This document shows, in pieces, positions 16,424-24,639 of a DNA stretch of 64,000 nt. Numbering within the stretch: position 1 is the first letter of the stretch; the number at the start of each line of letters is the position of its first letter. This DNA is from a virus. Its lineage: Duplodnaviria > Caudoviricetes. The notes beneath the pieces are model-generated. The model saw only the letters and a program-made list of their open reading frames with translations, had not been told where the DNA came from and made no database searches. Where the stretch lies: positions 1-64,000 of the IMG/VR virus record IMGVR_UViG_3300005544_000001, one strand, 5' to 3'. A program made the translations under genes and the position numbers.

Positions 16424-18855
16424 AGTTCGACCAACTCGACAACCAGCCGTGCCTGCTCCCCCAGGTGAACGAGGAATCGTGTGAAAGCACGAGGCTACCG
16501 GTCCAGGAGGGGCGCCTCGAGCTGCGTCCCGAGGTTGCCGTCGTGGCAGTTCTGGGCACCGTACAATATCGAACCTTCCTGATCGCCAACGGCGTCGAAC
16601 GCGAGGTCACATCCGGGCTCAGCTATCGCTCTGGCAGCACCGTAATCGCAGTCATCGGCGCCATCGGCGGCAACGCCACGGGCATCTCGGTCGGCATAGT
16701 CACGATCTCGGTCGAATGGCAGGGCCTCGAGGCGTTCGCCCAGCTTCAGGTCGTTGACTCCTGCGACAACATTTCGAACGGGCTGGAGATCGTCATCGAC
16801 AACTCGGAGTCGATGAATCAGGCGTTTGGCGCGCCATACGGCACCAAGCTTGATTTCGCGAAGTTCCTCGCCAAACAGTTCGCCGGAGAGGTCGACGTGC
16901 GCAAGGACATCGTTGGGCTGACCACGTTCGCCGTGTCGGGCCAGGTTGTGGCGCCTTTGACGGCCGATAACATCGCCGTCGGGACCGCCATCATGGGTGT
17001 CGGCTTCGTTCCGGAGCAGACAGACATCCATGCGGGGCTCGAAACGGCCATCGCGGAACTCGCCGCGGCGAACGTCGACCGCCGCGTTATCCTGCTGATC
17101 ACGGACGGCCAGCATAACGACGACATCGAGCCGCTGCAGACAGCCCTCCAGTTCCGGTCCGGCGGCGGGGTTCTCATCGTCATTGGCCTGCGCGCCGGCC
17201 TGGAGGCGTTCATGCGCCTAGAGAAACTCGCCAACGGCGGTTTCTTCATCTCGGCCTACGACGGGCCCACCGCGGAGGACGCCAAACGTTACGTGAGCGG
17301 GTTGAAAGGCTACCTGTGCGCTGGCAACTGTTGCCCGGAAGGTGACGTCATCGTTGGCCAGGGCAGGCTCGACTACGAGGATTGGCTCAACTGGGATAAC
17401 ATCGGAAACGTCGACCTGATTGGGAACGGATTTTACGATCTTATCCCAGGGCACGGTCTATTCGTGGATCTCGTGGGAAGCTCGGCGCCATGGCAGGGCG
17501 GGTTGATCAGCAAGAAATCGTTCACGTTCCAAAACGGCGTCAACTACAAGCTGAGTTACAAACTGGCCGGCAATCAGCGCGCGGACGCCACGGGCTACTC
17601 GGTCAAGGTCAATGCCGGCAGCGTCGCGACCGCCACGCACGCGATGAACGATTGGCGCCAGGACTTTACGACCTACGACTTGAGTTTCGTGGGCGATGGC
17701 ACTTCCGGCCAACTGATCTTCATCCAGGAAACGGTCTCGCCTGCGCCGGCGGCTCAAGCCTTCGGGGTTTTGCTTGATGACGTCACGCTCATCAACGATG
17801 ACACGGACGAAATTCTGTTCACCGAAAGTTTCGACAACGAGAATCTGACTTACGTGCCGCCCGCTTGCGGCATGGGCACAGTCTACGGACAGGGTTACGG
17901 TGGCGGTTACGCCTACGGGACGTGCTGCTACGGTTACGGGTGCCTGGCTGAACCGGTCAAACAGCAGAACCCGGATCCCATGCCGCCAACGGATCCCGAG
18001 ACGGAGCCCGATCCGTTCTGGATCAGCACGCAGTCCTACACGGCAAGCTGCCCCGTTGGAACCACGGGCGCCGACGTGACACGCTCGGCGAGCTACAAGA
18101 GTTTCATCAGCGCGGCCGATGCCAACGCAAAAGCCCTGGCGCTGGCTCAGACCGCAGCCGAGGCGGCGCTGAACTGTGTGAGCCCGCCCGTCAACGGCGA
18201 TCTCATCAACATGCACGCCATCCGCGGCAGGCATACGACAAAGATAGGCTTTGCCGCATTCGGAAAGACGTCCGGCGACGTCTGGAACGCATGGAGCGCC
18301 TCCGATTACAACAACGATACCCTGTTGAAATCGGACGGGACCGCCTCCTTCGTCACCATCCGAAAGTGTGAAGTCGGCGATTTCACGCAAACGGAACTCG
18401 GCGCGGTCAATTTCGATGTGTCGCTCGACCATCCGGACGCCATGTACAAGATGGGCCAGGCGTTCTATCGCAACGATTCAATCACGCCGAAGGACGAGGC
18501 GCTGTTCTTCGACGGATTACCCGAGGGCAATTATGAGGTCTACGTTTACGGCCACGGCGCTGACAACGCGCTGCAGGTCGGCCATTACCAGGTTCGCACC
18601 GGTAAACTCACAGGAGATCTGGCATCTGGATTCGTGCTCGATCCTTTCACCAACACCGTTTACCCAACGCTCGACACGTCGAACACGGACAGCTACCTCG
18701 ACACCGCCTGGGCCGAAAACGTCCAGTTCGTGAAATACTCAGTCACGATCGGCGCAGGGCAGACCGGCATCTGCATCATTTCCGCCAGCGCATCCGGCGT
18801 GGATCCCGGGCGAATCAGCGTGCTCATGGGCGTGCAGATTCACCGCTTGACATAA
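16420..18855 (+). CDS. vWA-domain structural protein with additional beta-sandwich domains
   Basis: MIDAS-like IVIDNSESM, TDIHAGLETA, ILLITDGQHN, then carbohydrate-binding-like segments and a YTASCP...ANAKALALAQ module. Confidence 0.75.
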   Translation: MKFDQLDNQPCLLPQVNEESCESTRLPVQEGRLELRPEVAVVAVLGTVQYRTFLIANGVEREVTSGLSYRSGSTVIAVIGAIGGNATGISVGIVTISVEWQGLEAFAQLQVVDSCDNISNGLEIVIDNSESMNQAFGAPYGTKLDFAKFLAKQFAGEVDVRKDIVGLTTFAVSGQVVAPLTADNIAVGTAIMGVGFVPEQTDIHAGLETAIAELAAANVDRRVILLITDGQHNDDIEPLQTALQFRSGGGVLIVIGLRAGLEAFMRLEKLANGGFFISAYDGPTAEDAKRYVSGLKGYLCAGNCCPEGDVIVGQGRLDYEDWLNWDNIGNVDLIGNGFYDLIPGHGLFVDLVGSSAPWQGGLISKKSFTFQNGVNYKLSYKLAGNQRADATGYSVKVNAGSVATATHAMNDWRQDFTTYDLSFVGDGTSGQLIFIQETVSPAPAAQAFGVLLDDVTLINDDTDEILFTESFDNENLTYVPPACGMGTVYGQGYGGGYAYGTCCYGYGCLAEPVKQQNPDPMPPTDPETEPDPFWISTQSYTASCPVGTTGADVTRSASYKSFISAADANAKALALAQTAAEAALNCVSPPVNGDLINMHAIRGRHTTKIGFAAFGKTSGDVWNAWSASDYNNDTLLKSDGTASFVTIRKCEVGDFTQTELGAVNFDVSLDHPDAMYKMGQAFYRNDSITPKDEALFFDGLPEGNYEVYVYGHGADNALQVGHYQVRTGKLTGDLASGFVLDPFTNTVYPTLDTSNTDSYLDTAWAENVQFVKYSVTIGAGQTGICIISASASGVDPGRISVLMGVQIHRLT

Positions 18856-18875
18856 ACGGTTCAATCGGGTTTTCT
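18843..18875 (+). promoter_or_regulatory. Promoter of the leader/RAMP/array locus
   Basis: CCGCTTGACA at 18843-18852, 17 nt spacer, TTTTCT, then ATG at 18882. Confidence 0.55.
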
Positions 18876-18881
18876 ACGGTC

Positions 18882-19052
18882 ATGCGTTTAGAGCCGCAAT
18901 GGTCCCTCCAAACACTTTGCACCCGCTGCCGTCTGGCGGCGATTTCAAATCAGCCGCGCTCTAACGTTCGGGAGTCGGGTGCTTTTCCAAATGCGCAGAA
19001 CGGTTTGGTTTGGTATGGCAAGCCCTCTGGCGCATTACTCCAAAACACATGA
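18882..19052 (+). CDS. Leader ORF (56 aa) in a structured leader, coupled to the RAMP gene
   Basis: MRLEPQWSLQTLCTRCRLAAISNQPRSNVRESGAFPNAQNGLVWYGKPSGALLQNT. Its TGA overlaps the ATG at 19049. Confidence 0.45.
   Translation: MRLEPQWSLQTLCTRCRLAAISNQPRSNVRESGAFPNAQNGLVWYGKPSGALLQNT
19002..19021 (+). repeat. Short GGY-NN tract upstream of the RAMP gene
   Basis: GGTTT GGTTT GGTAT GGCAA, four in-register pentamers of the same type as the downstream array. Confidence 0.65.
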
Positions 19053-19681
19053 AGACAGCAGAAAAAAAGCTCACTGCCATCGGCGGCGAGTCACCAACGA
19101 ACGGCGCACAGCATGGGATCGAACTTCAAATTCCATTCCGATGCGAAGTGACGGTTGAAGGTGTTGCTCCAATTCTTTTCCACGCGTGGAACGTGGAGAG
19201 CGTCGATTCAAAATCAAAAGCCAAAAAAGGCTCTGCCGAAAAGAAAAGTGACGACGTGGAAAGCTACGTTTACCGGAATGATGAAAAGGAGGTTTGCATT
19301 CCAGGCGAGTATTTACGAGGCGCGATCGTAAATGCTGCAAAATTCCAACAAGATCCTCGCAGCCCAAGGAAGTCGGCTGCTGATCTTTTCAAGGCCGCGA
19401 TCGTCTCGCTGACGCCGCTCGCTTCCTTGGGGGCAAAGGATTGGGATTATTTGGACAAGAGAAGGGTCACAATCCAGCGAAACGCGATAACACGCTGTCG
19501 CCCTGCGATGCGCGAGGGCTGGTCTGCAAAATTTATCCTCATGGTGAATTTGCCGGAGTACGTAGGTCAGGAACTTTTGAACGCTACCATCCAGCAGGCC
19601 GGAAAGCTGATTGGTCTTGGTGACTTTCGTCCGAGTTTCGGGCGATTCATCGTCACACGGTTTGTCGTGTTGAACGATTAA
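19049..19681 (+). CDS. Stand-alone Cas7/Csm3-like RAMP-fold protein (Vipr-like), 210 aa
   Basis: VTVEGVAPILFH (beta-1), VCIPGEYLRGAIVNAA (RAMP IPGxxLKGA-like motif), TRCRP, and a C-terminal Gly-rich loop GKLIGLGDFRPSFGRF. No other cas genes in the window. Confidence 0.8.
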   Translation: MKTAEKKLTAIGGESPTNGAQHGIELQIPFRCEVTVEGVAPILFHAWNVESVDSKSKAKKGSAEKKSDDVESYVYRNDEKEVCIPGEYLRGAIVNAAKFQQDPRSPRKSAADLFKAAIVSLTPLASLGAKDWDYLDKRRVTIQRNAITRCRPAMREGWSAKFILMVNLPEYVGQELLNATIQQAGKLIGLGDFRPSFGRFIVTRFVVLND

Positions 19682-19684
19682 TTC

Positions 19685-20184
19685 GGTGTCGGTGTGGTTG
19701 GGCAAGGCTCGGCGTGTTGAGGCTTGGTGCGGTGGCATCGAGATGTGGCCATGCAAGGTGTGGTTCGGTCAGCCGTGGCGCGGTCAGGTTCGGTCAGGCG
19801 CGGTTTGGTCCACTACGGTTTGGCCGGGTGGGGTGAGGCGCGTTCAGGTAAGCATGGGCGAGCTACGGTACGGTCTGGTTCGGGACTCGAAAGAGTCCGG
19901 TCGGGTGAGGTCGGGCGGGGTATGGCAGGGTGAGCTATGGCACGGTGGGTTTGGGTAGGATTGAGTCGGGTAAGGCAAGGCGGGCATGGGTATGGTACGG
20001 TTCGGGCGCGAAAGCGCCGGTATGGTTTGCTATGGCGGGGCCGGGCGTGGCCAGGTGAGGTTCGGCGGGGTGTGGTAATCCCAGGCACGGTCGGACGTGG
20101 TAAGCTTCCGCGCGGTGCGGTTCGCAATGGCAAGCTATGGTTTGGTGGCGGGGCGTTGCCTCTTGACAAAGGCTTCGCCCCGCC
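19685..20184 (+). ncRNA. GGY-NN pentamer array, candidate guide-RNA precursor
   Basis: Four tracts in unbroken 5-nt register: 19691-19730 (8 units), 19747-19881 (27), 19899-20003 (21), 20019-20143 (25). 62 of 81 units start GGY. Hairpins GGACTC-GAAA-GAGTCC (19883-19898) and GGCGC-GAAA-GCGCC (20005-20018), plus a terminal hairpin at 20147-20184. Confidence 0.85.
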
Positions 20185-20192
20185 TTCAGCAT
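20147..20192 (+). promoter_or_regulatory. Array-closing hairpin that also carries the -35 of the next operon
   Basis: GGCGGGGCG-TT-GCCT-CTTGACAA-AGGC-TT-CGCCCCGCC. TTGACA at 20163-20168 lies in the loop, and CAGCAT follows after an 18 nt spacer. Confidence 0.55.
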
Positions 20193-20203
20193 CAAGATTC
20201 CAG

Positions 20204-20950
20204 ATGACAGCAACTTTTAAACACAGCGGCGACCTGGGCGATATTATTTACAGCCTTCCGACAGTTAGGCATTTTGGTGGTGGGGATTTTTGGATCGCGG
20301 CTTCAAACTTCACGAGGGTTGAACTGACGCCAAACAACTGGCATGGCATTGACCGTTTGTTAGCCCGCCAACCGTATATAAGAAGCGTTCGCTCATATCG
20401 AATGGGAGAGTACGCGGTTTTCAATTTGGACTCGTTTCGCGGCCCGCTGAATCTTGCGCTTCGAAAACATGAGCAGATGGACAAGAGCCTCTGCGATTGG
20501 GTTTTGGAGACCCACAACGTTCCCCTGACCGCGAAGGAGACCGCATGGCTCACCGTCGAGCCGAAGACCGTTGCTCCGGTCGTCATTAACCGCACGGGCG
20601 CAGGACGGACGCGCAACGCCTGCTATCACAATTTCAAATTTCCGTGGCACAAAGTCTGGAAGAAATACGGACGTGACGCGGTGTTCATCGGGACGTGGGC
20701 AGAGTACGAGATGTTTTGCGGATCGTGCGGCGAGGTGCCGTATCACGAGACGAAGGATCTGCTCGAGGCCGCGCAGGTGATTGCCGGCGCCAAACTGTTC
20801 GTAGGGAACCAGAGCGTCTGCCACGCGATTGCCCAGGGCTTGTTTCAGCGTGTCCTGCTCGAAGTCTGGGTTGAGGGCGCCAATTCGACGTTCCTGCGTG
20901 AAGGCGTGACGAATGGTTTCGATGAGAAGGTGGAGTTGCCTGAAATATGA
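20204..20950 (+). CDS. Glycosyltransferase family 9-like (heptosyltransferase-like)
   Basis: True start MTATFKHSGDLGDII; LLEAAQVIAGAKLFVGNQSVCHAIAQGL. The track ORF extends spuriously into the array. Confidence 0.8.
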   Translation: MTATFKHSGDLGDIIYSLPTVRHFGGGDFWIAASNFTRVELTPNNWHGIDRLLARQPYIRSVRSYRMGEYAVFNLDSFRGPLNLALRKHEQMDKSLCDWVLETHNVPLTAKETAWLTVEPKTVAPVVINRTGAGRTRNACYHNFKFPWHKVWKKYGRDAVFIGTWAEYEMFCGSCGEVPYHETKDLLEAAQVIAGAKLFVGNQSVCHAIAQGLFQRVLLEVWVEGANSTFLREGVTNGFDEKVELPEI

Positions 20951-21363
20951 AGGAGAAAACCGTTCTCGTTACTGGTTGCTTCGACGTGCTCCACCGCGGG
21001 CATATTGAGCTTTTGTATATCGCCGCCGAACACGGAAAAGTCGTTGTGGGCATCAATGACGACGAGAGTGTTCAAAAACTCAAGGGACCGAAAAGGCCCG
21101 TGAATAATGAGGTGGACAGGCTGTTTCTGATAGAAGCACTTGGCAGCGTGACCTACGGGTTCATCATTTTCGACGTGAAAGTGGACAAGGCGATCATGGA
21201 CATCAAGCCGGACATTTGGATGAAAGGCGGCGATTACACGATGGAAACTCTGAACAAGGACGAGGTTGAGGCTGCGCGGAATGTTGGAGCGGAGATCATC
21301 ATTATTCCAACGTGCAAGGGCTATTCGACAACCGAGACACTCAAGAAACTGGAGGCAGAATGA
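20947..21363 (+). CDS. Cytidylyltransferase-family nucleotidyltransferase (HldE/RfaE domain II-like)
   Basis: GCFDVLHRGH (HxGH), VGINDDESVQKLKGPKRPVN, KGGDY, GYSTT. Confidence 0.9.
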   Translation: MKEKTVLVTGCFDVLHRGHIELLYIAAEHGKVVVGINDDESVQKLKGPKRPVNNEVDRLFLIEALGSVTYGFIIFDVKVDKAIMDIKPDIWMKGGDYTMETLNKDEVEAARNVGAEIIIIPTCKGYSTTETLKKLEAE

Positions 21364-21869
21364 GCGAAACAGCCAAACACCGCGATCAGGTCGCGGAATT
21401 CACTGTGGGCAACGGCGTGGACCTTGGATCATCCGGGGACGGGATCGTGCCATGGGCAATCCAGGTTGACCTGCCGACCGACGAATATCTCCGATACAAC
21501 CCAAAGCGCCCGCAGGATGCGATACACTGGCGCGGCAGCGCGCTTCACCTGCCGTTTCAGGATCGGGTGCTCGACTTCGTCCATTCGTCGCATCTCCTCG
21601 AGGACTTCGAAGACTGGGGCCCGATACTCAAGGAATGGGACCGGGTGCTGAAGATCGGCGGTTACATGATCATCGCCGTGCCGGACCATGCTCGGTTCCG
21701 CGCGGCCGTCGCCCGCGGGCAGGGGGACAATCTCAATCACAAGCACGAATCGCACGTCGGAGAGCTGCCGAAGTATCTGCACACTTACAAAACACTCATC
21801 GACAGGTTTGTGAGCAGTGATCCAAACGAGTATTCGATCCTCTATGTCGGCGTCAAAAATCCTGTATGA
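21360..21869 (+). CDS. Class I SAM-dependent methyltransferase
   Basis: GVDLGSSG, LPFQDRVLDFVHSSHLLED, WDRVLKIGG. Confidence 0.85.
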   Translation: MSETAKHRDQVAEFTVGNGVDLGSSGDGIVPWAIQVDLPTDEYLRYNPKRPQDAIHWRGSALHLPFQDRVLDFVHSSHLLEDFEDWGPILKEWDRVLKIGGYMIIAVPDHARFRAAVARGQGDNLNHKHESHVGELPKYLHTYKTLIDRFVSSDPNEYSILYVGVKNPV

Positions 21870-22588
21870 AAGCACAAGTTATCACCGTCTCTAGCCACGA
21901 TCCCGTCCAGTCCTATTATCACTTCGGCGCCTTCAAAAAGAGCCTGGCGAGGTTCGGCGTGGAGCCGACCATCCTCGGCCCGGGCGAGCCGTGGCGAGGG
22001 CTGATGACCAAACCGCGGCTTCTGCAGAAGTTTTTGAGCGAGAGCCGGCATAAAAGCGACAACATTATCGTGACCGATGCCTGGGACATCATTTTCACCG
22101 CGCATCCCGACGAGGTGTGGGCGGCGAAGGAATTCGATGCGCCGGACGCCGTGATGTTCAACGCCGAGATGGGTTGCTTCCCGCGGGCTGATCTGGCTGA
22201 CAGGTTCCCTGACCCGGGCACCCCTTACCGATTCCCGAACTCAGGGTTCATGGCCGGCACGGCGAGCCAAATCCTTGCCATCCTCGACAGCATGAACCTG
22301 AACGCCATTCGAGATGACACGCAGGAGCCCGACGGCTCATGGTTCAACCCGAACGATCAGGAGTATTACACGCTGGCGTTCCTCCAGCAGCCGGTGAAGA
22401 TGGTTCTGGATACGCACGCGCGCGTTTGTCAGTCATTCTCTGGAAGTGCGCTCAGCGATTACGTCCTAGTCGATGAGGGTCGCGTCACAAACAAGCGTAC
22501 GGGTTGCAAACCACTCGTTTGGCATTTCAACGGGAACTCGAAGAACGACATTTTGCCTGAACTCCTGAAGCACAACCACCTTGCATGA
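21866..22588 (+). CDS. GT-A glycosyltransferase, similar to the PLOD/LH3-type GT domain
   Basis: IIVTDAWD, FNAEMGCFP, YRFPNSGFMAG, NDQEYYT, VWHFNG. Confidence 0.8.
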   Translation: MKAQVITVSSHDPVQSYYHFGAFKKSLARFGVEPTILGPGEPWRGLMTKPRLLQKFLSESRHKSDNIIVTDAWDIIFTAHPDEVWAAKEFDAPDAVMFNAEMGCFPRADLADRFPDPGTPYRFPNSGFMAGTASQILAILDSMNLNAIRDDTQEPDGSWFNPNDQEYYTLAFLQQPVKMVLDTHARVCQSFSGSALSDYVLVDEGRVTNKRTGCKPLVWHFNGNSKNDILPELLKHNHLA

Positions 22589-23124
22589 ACCTCCTCACGC
22601 TCACTGGTAAAATCAACGTCCAGGGCTTCCTCCACGAAGCCGAAATGGAAAAGCTCGTCGAGCTGGGCATCAACAAGGACGTGCTCGAGGTGGGCAGCTT
22701 CATGGGCTTGTCGGCCTATTGCTTTGCCATCGTCGCCAAGAGCGTCATGTGCGTGGACACATTTTCCGCAGCTACAGACGGCCAACGGCAGGAAAGCACC
22801 CTTCAGACGCTCGCCGCCTTCGATGAAGCTGTTGCGAGGTTTTCCAACGTGAAACGGTTTGTTGGCAAATCTGAGCGCGCTGCCAGCCACTACGGCGTCG
22901 CCGGCCAGTTCGATCTCGTCTTCCTCGACGCCATGCACACCTACGAGGACGTAAAGTATGACATCGAACGCTGGTGGCCACGCGTGCGCAACGGCGGGAT
23001 AATGGCGTTCCACGATTACGGCCACGATAATTATCCAGGCGTAAAACAAGCGGTCGATGAAAAGTTCGGGGAGGCGCCGGACGGCACTACGATTGTCACC
23101 TTGAGGTGGATCGAGAAGAAGTGA
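22585..23124 (+). CDS. Class I SAM methyltransferase (Methyltransf_24-like)
   Basis: VLEVGSFMGLS, FDLVFLDAMHTYEDVKYD, GGIMAFHDY. Confidence 0.88.
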   Translation: MNLLTLTGKINVQGFLHEAEMEKLVELGINKDVLEVGSFMGLSAYCFAIVAKSVMCVDTFSAATDGQRQESTLQTLAAFDEAVARFSNVKRFVGKSERAASHYGVAGQFDLVFLDAMHTYEDVKYDIERWWPRVRNGGIMAFHDYGHDNYPGVKQAVDEKFGEAPDGTTIVTLRWIEKK

Positions 23125-23136
23125 CATGCTCGCCGG

Positions 23137-24639
23137 GTGAAACCGATTTGTTTGATTATTCCGCCGAGTCCATTCCTCGTTGACGAGCGCGTATTTCCAA
23201 GCCTCGGAATCCTGAAAGTTGCTGCCTGTTTGGAGGAAGCCGGAATCGCAGTGGAGATGGTGGACCTGTCCGGCGTTGAGAATCACGAGGAAGCCATCAT
23301 CGCGCACGTCAAGGATTCAACCGCTACGCAATTCGGAATCACAGCCACTTCGCCCCAGTTGCCCGCCGCGCTCGCCATCTGCCGTGCAATCCGATCGATC
23401 CGCAGTGACGCCAAAATAATCCTCGGAGGACCGCACATTACCCTCATCTGCGCCGCGCTGAAGCTGGAGAGAAAAAACAACTCACTCGGGCGCGCCGAGC
23501 GAGCCTTCACTGTGCTCTCAAAGGAATTCGATGTCCTCGTGGCTGGAGATGGCGAGGATGCTATTTTGGTAGCTGTTGAAAACAATTCCCCAGGCCTGAT
23601 AGATGCAGATGATCCGAAGGGTTCTCTGTTCATGACGAACGAGCGATTAAACACAACCCCGTGGCCGGCGAGACACCTGTTGGACATGGATAGCTATGTG
23701 TTCAAAATTGAGGGCGTAAAGGCAACATCCGCCATTTTCCAAAACGGCTGTCCGTTCCCGTGCAATTTCTGCTCAGGAAGATTGAGCCCAATGCTCCGAA
23801 GGATACGGACAAGAACCACCGAAAACGTCATCTCGGAAATGGAATTACTTTATCGCAAGTATTCCATCAAGGCAGTGATGTGCTTTGACGATGAGCTCAA
23901 CGTCAACCCAAAGATGATCGAACTGATGGACGCCCTTACGGCCCTGCAAGGGCGACTCGGCGTGGAATTTAAAATGCGGGGATTCATCAAGTCTCAGCTT
24001 TTTACGGATGCACAAGCTCAAGCCATGAACCGCGCCGGGTTCAAGTGGATTTTGGTCGGATTCGAGGCGGGCTCGGATCGCATCCTGGAGAACATAAACA
24101 AGCGCGCAACGAAGGCCGAGAACACACGCTGCATGGAGATCGCCCGCCGAAACGGACTCAAAGTGAAAGCGTTAATGTCTCTGGGCCACGCCGGCGAAAC
24201 GGAGCAAACCATATCGGAAACAAAGGACTGGCTGCTTGAGGTTAAACCCGACGACTTCGACGCCACGGTGATCACAACTTACCCTGGCAGTCCTTACTGG
24301 GACGAGGCCGTTCCGCATTCAACTCTCCCAAACGTCTGGACGTTCACGGCCCCGAAGTCCGGGGACAGGCTTCACTCAATGGATGTGGACTTCACCAAAG
24401 ACGTCCTGTTCTATAAGGGGGCCATTGGGGAATACAAATCATTCGTGTTTACCGACCATCTTGGGGCGGACGATCTCGTCAGGCTGCGTGACAATCTTGA
24501 GCGCGAAATCCGGGCCACGCTGAATATCCCATACAACGCCGGTGCCCCTGGGATTCGATTTGAAGCCAGCATGGGAATGACAAAACTTCCTTCGAACATC
24601 TTGAAAACCTCAAAGCTCGAGCATGAACCTAATTGCTGA
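23137..24639 (+). CDS. B12-binding radical SAM enzyme (class B methylase-like)
   Basis: N-terminal cobalamin-binding domain (PSLGILKVAA, IILGGPH), CPFPCNFC cluster motif, FDDEL, VGFEAGS. Confidence 0.92.
   Translation: MKPICLIIPPSPFLVDERVFPSLGILKVAACLEEAGIAVEMVDLSGVENHEEAIIAHVKDSTATQFGITATSPQLPAALAICRAIRSIRSDAKIILGGPHITLICAALKLERKNNSLGRAERAFTVLSKEFDVLVAGDGEDAILVAVENNSPGLIDADDPKGSLFMTNERLNTTPWPARHLLDMDSYVFKIEGVKATSAIFQNGCPFPCNFCSGRLSPMLRRIRTRTTENVISEMELLYRKYSIKAVMCFDDELNVNPKMIELMDALTALQGRLGVEFKMRGFIKSQLFTDAQAQAMNRAGFKWILVGFEAGSDRILENINKRATKAENTRCMEIARRNGLKVKALMSLGHAGETEQTISETKDWLLEVKPDDFDATVITTYPGSPYWDEAVPHSTLPNVWTFTAPKSGDRLHSMDVDFTKDVLFYKGAIGEYKSFVFTDHLGADDLVRLRDNLEREIRATLNIPYNAGAPGIRFEASMGMTKLPSNILKTSKLEHEPNC

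Noticed and set aside
19685-20184. Canonical CRISPR array or simple microsatellite
   Set aside because: There are no 23-47 nt direct repeats with unique spacers, and the NN positions are too diverse and the hairpin punctuation too regular for slippage-generated satellite DNA.
19686-20213. ORFs called across the pentamer array (19686-19958, 19724-19933, 19813-20169, 19935-20213 and the 5' extension of 19937-20950)
   Set aside because: Their G/R/V/W- or P/R/T-rich translations are by-products of the 5-nt periodicity. The GT9 gene has a proper ATG at 20204.
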